A stretch of 64,000 nucleotides of DNA from Lophium mytilinum. Taxonomy: Eukaryota. The DNA lies in assembly GCA_010093605.1 (NCBI GenBank), contig MU004190.1, positions 992,001 to 1,056,000 of the forward strand, in the 5' to 3' direction. Below are positions 38,801 through 51,083 of this stretch, one piece after another. A model generated the notes under the pieces. That model had not been told where the DNA came from. It saw nothing but the letters and a program-made list of their open reading frames with translations, and did no database searches. A program made the translations under genes and the position numbers. Positions within the stretch are counted from its first letter, which is position 1, and each line of letters opens with the position of its first letter.

Positions 38801-39444
38801 ATCTGTGTCTGTGCAAGAAGTACAAGTTGGATGACGCCCGCTAGTCGGACCCTTTAGCTAACTTAAGGTCTAGAATAGGAAAATTTGGAAGAGTTGATAT
38901 CAGTTTTTCTGCAGTCATTCGTATTTGGTCAGTTCGCAGAACCTGCCGCTAGAATATTGGCGCAGCAGTCTCGCTTTCTAGTGGATAAAGATATATCAAG
39001 GTAGGATCCATAGTAGACCTCTTACTTATGTTCTGCTTTCTCCTTCCTACGCCCATCCTTCTTCAACCACAGCTGCGGTACTCCGTCCTAAATTTGGGCA
39101 CCGGGATATTTGAAGTCACTGCTCTGGCTCTACACTTGTCCGCTCGACATCACTATGAGGAGTGCCATAGGTACTAGGTGATGCCTCCATCAAAGGGTAG
39201 CTTCATCTCCACTATGTCAGCCTTCACCTCGCATATAAAGTTTCACAAGTCTATCAGGCTACCCCAAGCAATTGCAAGGAGTGCCCACACTTACAGCTTG
39301 CTACTCTAGCTCGCGCCCTCATCCCCCTCCGCAACTTCTCCTGGAGCAATCTAAGAACTACTTCATAACCCGCTCTCTAATCTCTACTCCAGAGTCCAGT
39401 CTCGACTTCAGTCAGCATAGGGAGGAAAAAAGTGCAAAAGAAAA

Positions 39445-39540
39445 GATCACGATGATCCCAACGGGGATCGAACTCCAACTAACCCAGCAAAACAAAACAG
39501 CAAAACGTAACCACCCAGCTACCACTGCGCTACTACACTC
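39445..39540 (-). ncRNA. Degenerate tRNA-like / SINE-head Pol III element
   Basis: On the minus strand: A-box TAGCGCAGTGGT (39532-39521), B-box GGAGTTCGATCC (39476-39465), followed by T-runs. The acceptor and anticodon stems do not pair convincingly. Confidence 0.4.
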
Positions 39541-39695
39541 TAGAGTTGCAAATTTTCACGGGGCCGCTGAGTGGCTACGTTTGCCTATTTGTTAGTGGAA
39601 GAGTGCCCAAAAATGATAGGTATACAACGTATCAATTAAGGTTGGACCCTGAAAACCCTCGATCATAACAAACGCGCGGACCATCTTCTGACCTA

Positions 39696-41972
39696 TCAGG
39701 TCCGCCGCATATACAGCACCACCCATCCAAGCACGCGGTACCCGAGAATAATGAGCAGCATGTAGCCCACATACTTCCCCGTGCCATCCGTATCAAAGTT
39801 GTACGCCGCAAGCACCGCCTTCCCATCAATCTTGCACTGATCCTGCAAGTCGCTCACATAGATGCAGTGGCAATCGCTATCGCAGCTGTACGAGCGCTCC
39901 GCAAACTCGTTGATCATCATGCCGCGGAAGACGTAGGATTGGTAGTCAATGTAGTGGAAAACGTAGCGCCAGAATACGTTGAGGGCCTCGGGCGCGACCA
40001 TGAAGCCGTCGACGCTCATCCAGAGGCCGTTGGCGAAGGCGGTGGCGGCGAGCGAGACGACGAAGATGGGCACGAGGCTGGAGATGAGGACGACGAGGGA
40101 TTCGGCGGCGACGAGGTCGAGGAAGAGCCACATGACCCAGGTGAAGAAGCCGGAGGCCGAGGGACGGAAGTTGGAGAGCCAGTAGGTCACGATGGAGAAG
40201 AGCAGGGCGATGATGACTGTAAAACGTTAGCGGAGTCTGGATAAGTAGCTATGATAGGGGCCTTACATAGATATGGAAGTCCGATGATGAAGTTCGCGAT
40301 GATGAATGAAGTTGGCCCGTATAGGCCGTTAGCTCGCTCCTTGACATATAGGGAGCGATCTTCGAGAAATGCGGGAATGTAAGCGACGGCCATGAATGAC
40401 ATGAAGGCTCCGCCGAAGAATATAGCGTTGGTGAAAGCTCCGATGTTCTCTTGCTTCGCGTCGAGTCGTAGCCAGATGGTGCCCATCATGATGGCCAGGC
40501 CCATGTACATAGCGACGCGGATTCCGTATGCAACAACGTCCCTGTAGCTCTTGATGAATGATCGATGAATAAGCGTCAGGGGAATCAAGAGTTTGTTGGC
40601 GCCGTACTGCTCCTCCAGATGGCTCTCTGAAGGCTGGATGGTAACTGCGGTTTCGATATCCTTTACCACGATTCTAGCAGCCTCAGACTTTGTCCAACCA
40701 GATACGAGCCCTTCCAAATGTTGAGAGGCTTCGCTTTCATGGCGTGAGAAGTCAGTGTTGACTAGGTCGATGGCAAACTCGGCAGGGTTCATATACAGAG
40801 GCATTGCGTGGCCCTGAGATTGGAAGTAGTTGCGGACGCCGGCCACAGAGCCATTATATGTGGTGTGTCCTCTTGACAAGAGAAGTAGCTTGTCGAAGAG
40901 CTCAAACGTCGTTGTGGAGGGCTGATGGATGCTTGCGATGACAAGAAGCTGCGATTGAAATTAGCATCGGTTTGGTCATAGGACGTGTTGAGATAGAATC
41001 CTACGTTGTGCTTTTTGGCCAGGGCCTTCACTAGAGAAATGACCTCGTAGCTAGCTGTGGAGTCAAGACCGCTCGTAGGTTCATCAAGGAAGAGCAGCTT
41101 GGGACTCGTTATTAGCTGACTAGCAACGCTGACACGGCGCTTTTGTCCGCCACTTAGGCCTTTCTGGATAGGCGTTCCGATAATCGTGTCTGCCTGGCCT
41201 TGCAGACCGAATGCAGTGACGAGGGCATTGATCTTGATGATCCGCTCCCTCTTTGTAATGGAACTGCTACAGTCAGCATGCTGTTCGGCGGGAGAAGCCG
41301 GAAGGGAGCTTAGAAACGACTATCTGCCCATACCTAGGAAGTGCGAGCTTTGCTGCAAAGTAGAGGGTTTCCTTTACGGTAAGAGATCCAACGAGGGCAT
41401 CTTCCTGCTCAACATAGGAGCTGATCTTTTGGAAGTCTTTCAGGTTCGTCTGCTTGCCGTTGATATAGAGCAACTTATGTACGGTCGCGTTCGGCGTGGC
41501 TTCGCGGTGAGCCAGAACGTTGAGCAAGGTGGTCTTTCCAGAGCCACTTGGGCCCATTAGGGCAAGTATTTCGCCTGTCAACAGTCAGTATGGAGCCTAG
41601 GAGTGACTTGGATTGCGGAATAAGTCTAAAAATCTTTCTTCGAAGTGCTTCCCGGTGAAAGCTATCACCTCTTGAAGGGATTCGATTTGTTGCGTGCAAA
41701 AGCTCACAAACTGCCTAGGTTGTACGTATGTACATACATACATATATACATACAAAACAAAGGAGGAATCTAAGCGTGGAGCAGTACTGACCCGCTTTCA
41801 CAATGCCATTAACATCCGATAGGATGTTCTTTGCTCGCTTGGTCGTCCGGTCGTTGACAGTAACGGTGATTCCCTCAAACCCGAAGGTTTGGATGCTGTT
41901 GTTGGTCAGATGGGTATAGTCACTGCCTACGCCATTCTTCTCGACATCCGCGGCGGGAAAACTGTCCGTCAT
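39696..41972 (-). CDS. ABCG (White-type) half-size ABC transporter; multi-exon
   Basis: Walker A GPSGSGKT, signature LSGGQKRR, Walker B LLFLDEPTSGLDS, SIHQP, NPAEF, KERANGLY; NBD precedes an ABC2 membrane domain. Confidence 0.93.
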
Positions 41973-44264
41973 GTTGGCAACTTCGCAAACAAATAATGAA
42001 GTCAGGCAGGTCTGTGTTGGAGAAGATGGTGCCTAGACTCTCATGGCTGTATGTCTGCGTAGCAACTCTGAGGTTTCTGTATTCACTTTGCACTTGACGA
42101 AGCGTAGCAAGCCATATACTTCCCAAATAGGTCGGCGAAAGAAAATAGACGGCGACCACGCAGTCAGCCAAATATCCGGCCCTACTAGCAAGCCGCTTCT
42201 ATCAAGGGGGCTTAGTGAGGGCGGGGCCTACGGGCTATCGGCGACGCTCCTAGCTCCACTATGTGTGCCATGTCGAGGACTGGAGAACGCCTGCCAGGCT
42301 AACACGCTTTCTTATCGAGGTTGAGACTGTCATTCATTCTTGGGTATGCGCCTAGCAAGCTGAACCATGCAGTATTATGCAGGCGGTGCAGATTGGCCTG
42401 TGCCGCGTCAGATGAAGGCTTTGGGAACAAGAAACGGCTAATGCTGCATATCACATTGGACTAGGACAAGGTCGAGCCTTCTACACGCCATGTGACACAT
42501 GTCGGTATGTATTGAGGAATAGATGAGGGCTAAGAAACAAAGGCTGAAAATGCACGCAGAGGATGGACTGGTGATGGAGCTGTGATAGGGCTGAATGGGA
42601 GTTGAGGATGAAACCTTGGAACGGCCCGAAGGCCCCGCGCTCCCTGGCGCTGTGGTCATCTTCGGCGACCTCAATCCTTCACCAGTCTGACCACCTCCCC
42701 GAGCCGCGTCCAGAAACCCGAAAATAGACCATAGAAATTACAGGTACAGTGGCTAGGATCCGTTTCGTTATCTTCTCCCGAATTTCTTAAGCAATGTCAT
42801 CCGCTCTGCTGCGCACGCATCACAGCACCTAGCAGTAGACTTTTCTGCGACCTGCCATTCAAGAATCACTGTTGAACCACTAGCACGTGCACGTTGACTA
42901 CGTGGACAGGTTGACGGGGTCAGGACAGAGTCATCGAATGAGAATGGTTCATGGATAAGCCGATCAGTGTGGGCTGGAAGCGTTACGACTGATGAGGCAG
43001 CCACTCGACTCAAGCACCCCATGCTGCCCTAAAAGACTCTCTACGTCCTCGAGTCGGTAAAAACTGTCTTCTTGGGCAGGCTTGCTGGTGCAGAGAACCT
43101 GGGACCATGAGACTACCGACTGCAGTCTCCAGCCGTTGCCGTTACCAGCAACAGCCCGTTCAGCCATCTACTCTGATCGAGACGACAACACTATTCAAGG
43201 CACACGTTACCGGGTCATTCCCACACAGCTTTGTGCATCTGAACCTTTGGCGGCTGCATCCCGGTGGACTGCTTCTATCAGCCAGCCAACCAGCCGGTCA
43301 TCGCCTTCTCGCTTAAAAGCAACGCGCATTGCTTTCAACGAACCAGACATCGTCTTCATATCCCTATGCCAGCGCATTCAGCTTACCGCTTCGTATTGTG
43401 ATCGTCCTGGAAAGTCTTTGGATCGCAGTGCAGCAGCCCAGCTCCATGTCGTCGACGCCTCTTCATGTTTCCATCCTAAGCGCCTGCCGTGCGCCCGAAT
43501 TGGCTATGGCGCCCGAATTAGCGTCGCCCATCGCCTGAAAAGGAAATGGTCTAGCCATTAACATTTTCCAGAAAGGTTTGACCCCATGAGCTTTTCCACA
43601 TCAAGGAATGAGTGACAAGCTATACCGCGAATGAGCAGCCTTCAACAAGGAGATGCAGCATCAGTGCAGCAACTGAGAACATGTGCGCTAACTTAGCGGT
43701 CGTTCCAGCTGCTGTGCGTTGCGATGCTCTCTGATCCTGGAAGTCTGTTCACCAGGAAGCTTTGCTGTATTGACGGAGCCTATACCTTACGCACTTTGGA
43801 ACGCTCGTAGATGACCTTAACCCATCAGCGTAAAAGAGGGTCCGGATCTGTGTTGTCAGGCGCCGACAGGCCTACACATTGACTCGATAGGGGTAACCTG
43901 ATACGCTTGAGCACGTAAGGTACAAATAGCGTGCCAGGTGGGCGCATGGATATGCTCAGTTAGGACGGTATTCGTATGATATGTCACTCTATTGTCCGTT
44001 GCACTGCTGTACTTCGCATTTTGAGTAATTTGGGCAATTACACCTCCTGTAAGCCACTTCAACTTCCATTGCTATGGAGGTCGTCATTCACTTTTGCTCT
44101 TTCCTATTTATACACTGTTTCACTAGAGAGCGACGTCTTTACCACGCACGTGATCACCCCCAATCTTCCTTCACAAGCCCTTCATAGCTACTCCGTGCGG
44201 TGTCTCATCTTCTACTTATGCCCACCAACCGCGTGGTGAGTTTCCTCATACCCACCACCCATTT

Positions 44265-46270
44265 ATGTCTCCTTATGCCCACAAAGATGCAGCTACATCT
44301 GGTGGAACGGAATTGGATACTTACGTTCCACCACGAACGGTACCTGCATATAATAGCCGCGTAGAAGCTTTCCGGGAGGATCAGTACCCAATGCTTAAAG
44401 GTTTGCCGAAGCACGACATGGTTGCCGGTATAAACAGCTAATCAGAGTAGGGAAAACTTACCTGGATCATGGTGGCACTACCGTAAGTTGCTGCACCTAA
44501 GGCGTGATTCAAGCCACAACTAACGAAAATAATGCTTAACTGTACGCCCGATCACTTATCGATGATTTCTCGAACGACATGATGTCGTCCCTTTACGGGG
44601 TCGGTAGCTAGATCATCCACTCCATTAGATTTTCACGTACTCATCTGGTTTCACAGAATCCTCATTCAGCCTCGACGCCCTCGGCTGTGGCGGGTGCCAA
44701 GGTCGATGAAGTTAGACTGCAAGCGCTCAAGTTCTTCAGGTCAGATCCAGAGAAATTTGACCTTGTGTTCGTATCGAATGCATCTGCCGCCATCAAGCTA
44801 GTAGCAGAGTGCTTTCGCGACTATCGAGCTCCCGGGGAAAAGACCCGCGGTGGGTTTTGGTATGGCTACCACCGTGATGTACACACTAGTATGGTTGGGA
44901 CTCGTCAACTATCGAAAGATCAACACCATTGCTTCGTGAACGACGATGAAGTCAATCAATGGATCAACGGAACTCTCAAGCGTAAAGTTGGCCCGAAGAA
45001 GGGCCAGGTTGGCTTGTTCGGATTTCCTGGCCAGTCTAATATGACTGGTAGACGTTTGCCCTAGTCCTGGTAAGTCTGCCTGGTAATTTGGTTTCTTGCA
45101 TTGCATCTGACACTATCCTTAGGCCCTCTAAGCTCAGGACCAAGTATGGTAGTCGTATATACAGCTTGCTAGATGCTGCCGCTCTCGCTACAGCATGTCC
45201 CATTGACCTAAGCGATGAGGCAACCGCGCCAGACTTCATGGCTGTCAGCTTCTACAAGATCTTTGGATTCCCAAATGTCGGGGCTCTGATCGTACGAAAG
45301 GAGGCTGGTTGCGTGCTCAAACAACGCAAATATTTCGGCGGAGGTAAGACTCAATGTCACTGTCCGTAAATTCTCAGCATACTCATCTCTGCAAGGCACC
45401 GTCGATATGGTCATAACCTTGGATGACACCTGGCATGCGAAGAGGCAAACCTCTCTCCACGACCAACTCGAAGACGGCACACTTCCGTTCCATTCTATCT
45501 TCGCACTGGGTCATGCAATCGAAGTTCACCAGCGCTTGTTTGGTTCCATGTCTCAAATATCAGCACATACCGCCTTCCTAGCCAAACGACTTCACGGCGG
45601 CATGAGCAACCTCACCCATGTAAATGGTGTACCGGTTTGCCGAATATACAAAGACCCAGAAGCAATTTACGGCGATGCTAAGACCCAAGGCGCTACCGTT
45701 GCTTTCAACGTCCAGGACTCTTCGGGTATGCCCATAGCTTACTCCGACGTCGAGAAACTCGCAGACGAGCACAACCTCTACCTCCGTTCTGGCGGTCTGT
45801 GCAATCCGGGAGGAATCGCGACGTTCCAAAATTTCACAGCCCCCGATATGAAGGCGATCTTCACCCTTGGCCATCGATGCAGCAAACCCCTGACGCCGGA
45901 ACAGCTTGGAGGAAAGATGCCCGGGGTTGTACGCGTCTCTCTGGGTGCTATGAGCACCATCTCCGACGTAGATATCTTCCTCGCATTCATGGCAGACCAC
46001 TACGTCGAGACGTATCAATCGATTAGGGAATCACCGATGGGGTTAGCCGAGTCCGACCGGCTAGAATTAGTACACTTCGTAAGGCCGGCGAATCTCCCCT
46101 GCATCTACCCATCCGCGGCGAATCCGGCGGTCTTGGAAGAGCCCGTTACTCCTCCCGTCCAGGATGCTTACCAAAAGCCGGTTGTTCAGCCGAAGGCCCG
46201 CCTCCGCTTGATGCGAAGTTTCTCTTCTTTCGGCAACCAAGTCAAAAACCTAGTCTCTGTTTCAACATAG
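44265..46270 (+). pseudogene. Molybdenum cofactor sulfurase-like PLP (aminotransferase class V) gene lacking the MOSC domain; apparently disrupted
   Basis: YLDHGGTT, NPHS, FPGQSNMTGRRLP, LLDAA, SFYKIFGFP, LEDGTLPFHSI, LRSGGLCNPGG, VRVSLG. There is an in-frame TAG at 45062-45064 and the intron-2 acceptor reads AA at 44538-44539. Confidence 0.8.
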
Positions 46271-46785
46271 TCTTGTCCAAGCGGCCCCGTTGGAAAGATG
46301 GTACTATCATATACCCAGGGCTATTGTTCGGTTAACCAGTTGACACGTTGATCGAACTAATTAACATCAAGATCAATCGACTCAATCATCGGGCCATCTG
46401 GACACGTTTCAATTAATCAACACCGAGTATTGGATGAAAAATCACGCTCCGCCTGAGGTTCGGGGGATTTCGAGCGGTGCAAATCAGACTGCATATTGGC
46501 TATTTAGCTGCATAGCAGCCAGGCTATCCCTACAGTAGTGTCAAGTGAGCATCATTAAAGCTAAGCAGTAATAGACCCGTGTGTTACAGTATTTTGAATA
46601 TTCAAGGGCGATATCGAATTTTGAGCAGTGCAGATTAGACTGCCTCTTGACTGATCAGCTGCTTGGCAGCAAGACTACCCCCTACAGTGCCGTTAAGTGA
46701 GCAACATGAAAGCCAAGCAGTAACATTTTCGTGTGCCCAGATTTGTAGCTTAATACTATACCGTCGCTCTCACACCCTAACCCCC

Positions 46786-48494
46786 TCAATACTCCACTCC
46801 TGCTATCCTCACCTCCCCTTTTCCCACATCAAACACGACCACGACCCCCTTCAGAAACGGATCCCCCAGCACCGCCAACCCCTCATCACTCCCTTGTACC
46901 GCACTCATGCAACCCCCATCCCCAGCTCCCATCACCAAATCGCGCCGATCCACCGCGAACCGCCCCCCACCCACCAGTACCTCAAATACCGGTATCTTCG
47001 CGCTACAGCTGACCCTCCACAGCCCGTCTGCATCCGACCAGCGCGCCGGCGGCACCCACAAGCTGTTGTAGTACGACGCGATCTGGTTAGGCATGTAGAT
47101 TAGCGTCGTCCCCGAGTCGATGATTACCTGCAGGGTAGTGTTGTAGGCGGGAAAGGGGGGCGGGAGGTTTGGCGGCAAGGATGACGGGGCAATGTCCAGG
47201 CCGTCGATGGTGGTGGCGTAGAATTGGTAGGTTGGGGAGGTTGGAGCGCGGAGGCGGGGGTTCGGGGAAATCAGTTGGATGGGGGAGGCGGCGAAGGCGG
47301 AGGTTAGGGAGAGGTTTGGGGGGATGCCGCCGAGGGCGAGGAGGCCGCCGCCGGTGTAGTTCGGGGCCGTGGGGCGGTGGAGGGTGAGGCTGAAGATTGG
47401 CGGGATGGACGTGGTGTTACAGCTGGTTGTATGATGAGAAGAGTGTGAAGAGAAGAATGGTGAGGAGAGTATGTGAAGGGAAGAGGGGGGAAAGGCTTAC
47501 AGTGAGGTGAAAAAGGGGGTATATTGGTCGGTGGATTGCCGTGGTGAAGTGCCATTCCACCTAAAGTTCGGATGTGCGAGGGCTAGGCCTACGAGCCCGC
47601 TACTCTGGCCATCTCCAAACCAGGCGGCTGTGTCTACGACGCCGATTGCTTGTGTGAAGGTCAACCCGCCCGCAGTTAGAGTTTCGGTTCCAAACCCGCC
47701 GCTCGCAGCCTCGCCGTCCGCGTAAGAGATGTTGAACGTCTCATTCGGGATATCGCGGAACGCATCCGATGGCACATATGGCGATCCGAAGGCGCATTCC
47801 TCTTCAGAAATGGGGACGTTGGTTCCCACATCAAAGCACTGAAAGTCGTCCTTGACGAGCCAGGTATCACTGCTGCCAGTGTCGATGACGACGGTGTAGG
47901 TGTTGCCGCTAATTTGGATGGTAGTGAAATACACGCGACCGCCTATTGTCGTGAGATCGAGGTCTGCGACAGGGGTTTGTGTTTGGCGTTTGTTTAAAAG
48001 GAGGCGGCGGAGATGAGATGTGGAAGGAGGGACGATGCCATTGATGGCGGTGAGCTCGAGCACGTGAGGTGTGACTGATGAGAGATGATAGTTAGCTAAA
48101 CGCTGAGACGGTTGGTGATAGTATAATGACTCGTCGTAGAAATCCGTATACTCGTTCACCACTGCTTGAGGAACCTTATGATTTTTTTCAGCATGCCGGA
48201 TAATGGAAAAGTACGGCATTTTAAACTGCTAGTAAACTTACGAGGCTACTCTAGACAGCATCAACACGATGTACACAGATTGATAGTTTATCTGCTTTCC
48301 CGGTGTCTAAGATTACGTCGGAGCCCCTCAAACAATGGCAGGAAAGTGTACGGAAATCTGTGGCAGGGGTGTAACGTACTGATGTTTTTAGATGCAGCTT
48401 GAAGTGTTCTTGGGGAATGAGGGTGTGCTTGAACGCTAATAGAAAAGAAAAATGCTATAGCGAACACCACCCAATGCGAAATTATCCCCATCAT
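46786..48494 (-). CDS. Secreted pepsin-like aspartic protease (A1); probable premature stop in the prosegment exon
   Basis: Signal peptide MMGIISHWVVFAIAFFFSISVQA; catalytic motifs VIDTGSSDTW and IIDSGTT; flap ISYADG; LGDPFL. My best splice model leaves a TAG at 48253-48251. Confidence 0.82.
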
Positions 48495-48784
48495 CAGGAC
48501 TAGATGTGGAGGTAATGATAAATGGTTTAGATTATGACACCTACTTCATGCAGCTCCCTTTCGCTAATGCCAAGAAAGGTAGGAATGTTGATGACACAAT
48601 TGGAACGACGATCTACAACCGACGCCCTTACATGCATACATCTTTACAATACCTCTGAGGTGCGTTTTAAGCTCTGTGCAACCTAGATCAAAGGTCGGTC
48701 GGAATGAGTATCATCACTACGTATTTTTGCGACTTCGACAAGTAGATGTTCAGCAATGGCGTCCGCAGGAGTCGGTCTTGAGAG

Positions 48785-48820
48785 CAACCATATCGGAAAC
48801 TTCAACCATATCGGCAACTT
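48785..48820. repeat. 18-bp tandem duplication
   Basis: caaccatatcggaaactt / caaccatatcggcaactt. Confidence 0.7.
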
Positions 48821-49450
48821 TAGCCAAATGAGGAGATACGAGCGGCTGGGAAGCATAGGAAAGCAGTATATAGTGCCTCACGAGGCTCGAGGCAAGAAGG
48901 TTGCGCTTAGGTATCGTCTGATCGAGAGTGAGAAGCTTCAGCCTCACGAGGTGTAGCAAAGGGTTTTCTGATGCCCTCGTCCGAAATGATAAGAAGATAC
49001 ACGCACAGGAGACAAAGGAGTATGGTACGAAAAGGTAGAGATTCAAAACAGTGACGCCGACGGGTTGGGTGCCATTGGGGATCTCCTCGTCTGAGACAGA
49101 AAAGGGACGCCGACTAATCCGAATGTGGGTAGCACGGCGGGCGGTTTAACAGTTCAGGCCTGATGAGCGTCAAACCGATCTCTACCTGAAGGCTTCGACA
49201 TGATTTAAGCCATTGCTGGTGGAATCCATTTGTATGCTCGTGAACTCTACAGCTTTATTCCATTGATAGGAAAAGGCTCGGTGGCACCTGCCTAACTAAT
49301 CCGTGCGACCACCCTGCATGTCTCATCAGCACTACATCCTTACAACCTCACAAACCTCTCTCTTCTAGCTCTTCCACTACCGCTCATACTCTCAATACCC
49401 TAACTTCACTCAAACCTCACGATAATACCAACCAAACAACAACACCCAAA

Positions 49451-50245
49451 ATGCCTTCTTCAGTCTCTTCCTCCATAGCGCCCCTCCAGCCTATCTTTCC
49501 CCGCCCCGCTTCCGCTACATCTCCACCCCCGGAACCCCCCGCGCTGGCCTCTCTCATCTCTCACCTAAAACTCCAACCCCACATCGAAGGCGGCTACTTC
49601 GCCGAAACGGACCGCGATACCCTGCGGATCCCCAACCCCTTCCTAGCCGCATCCGCCCCCGCCACAGCCACAACCTCAAAGTCCATCGCCGCACTCCGAG
49701 GGGACCCCGACTTCGACCCGGAACAAGAAAACGCGACTCGCAGTGCTAGTACCAGCATCTTCTACCTGCTGACGCCCGGCACCCCGCTTGGCGCCTGGCA
49801 CCGTAATCGCGGACGTACGGTGCACACGCTGCATTGGGGCAAAGGGCGATATGTGATCATCCACGCGGACGAGGTAGGCGAAGATGGTAAGGCGAGGGTG
49901 GAGACGTTCGTAGTGGGGAAAGACGTGCTGAAGGGGGAGCGGCTGCAGTGGATTGTAGAGGGGGGCAAGTTCAAGAGCAGCTTTCTCTTGCCAGATGATG
50001 AGGGCGAGGCGAGTGGGGGATTGTTGATTAGCGAGGCGAGTTGGATTCCCTTATCACTTCGTTGAGACTACTTGCTTATTTCATTTCAGACGGTGATTCC
50101 GGGCTTCGAGTACTCGGACCATGATTTCCTGCGTGGAGAGAAGCTGAAGGAGCTGGTGACGCCGGAGCAGGCGAAGGAGCTTGGGTGGATGCTGAGGAAT
50201 GAGCCGCCGCCAGAGGAGCATGAGCTTGTGTACAAGCAACAGTAG
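49451..50245 (+). CDS. Cupin_5/DUF985 family protein (YML079W-like); 2 exons
   Basis: LKLQPHIEGGYFAETDR, STSIFYLLTP, HRNRGRTVHTLH, GERLQWIVEGG, LISE|TVIPGFEYSD; GC-AG intron 50036-50089. Confidence 0.9.
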
Positions 50246-51083
50246 GTCTTTCACAGCGCGAGCTCAAATGGTAAACTTCAACATTTCGAGAGGAGAAATT
50301 GGCTCCTGTGTGCTCTCAACGAAACTCGAATGCCGGTTTCCCCAGGTTGCGGTTTCCTGTCGGACCTGGGAACTATAGCACGTGCTTGTCTATAAATAAG
50401 CAAGAGAGGCGGTATGTTCAAATTCAACATACGAAACCAAGGATATTATGAAATAAGTTCTCAAAAGTCTCCGGGTTAATGTCCCGTCGAAAACCACCAT
50501 TTGCAAATACTGCGGTTTGATGTCTTAAATTGAGAGCCTAGAGTCCGAGCGGAAAGTATTAGAATTATCTTTCAACTGAGTCTCAATACTATCACTTTTT
50601 TTGGGCACGAGTATTTCCTCACCCTCCTATCGTATATTAACACCCCCCGATATTGGTAGATGCACACCCTCCTCCCGTCTGATCTTCTGATTGGTCCGGA
50701 GGGCTCGGATCACTGCCATTTCATCGCGCATTCTTACCATTTCCAGCAGCCTATTAAGGCCGTAGATGAGGCTATATATATAATCCGTACATGAGGCCGT
50801 ACGTAAGGCCGTACGTGAGGCTGTAGTTATGGTAAGGCTGTGCAGCATACCCGTTTTACTATGCATACTTCCCGTTTCCTATAGTGTATCCCATTTGTCG
50901 GGTGCAAAATAGTAGTCAATCCTTAGCGCCAGGTCCCTGCCACACACACCTTAGTTTATATAAGGAATGTCGGGATCCTACCTAGAGAACTTAATTTTTT
51001 TACTGCATCTTAATGCTACCTAACTTAATAATTAGTAAGGCTATTTATACTATTCTAAAGGCTATATACTAACTTTTTCTAAT

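Noticed and set aside
39445..39540. Functional tRNA gene
   Set aside because: No convincing acceptor or anticodon stem, and internal T-runs would terminate Pol III.
42300..44200. Short ORFs between the ABCG and Moco-sulfurase-like genes
   Set aside because: No motifs or coding bias; consistent with a divergent promoter region.
8242..48253. TAG stop-codon reassignment as an explanation for four in-frame TAGs
   Set aside because: Conserved genes here (SER3, creC, Slm-like, cupin, RPN7) terminate normally at TAG, and two of the three affected genes carry other lesions.
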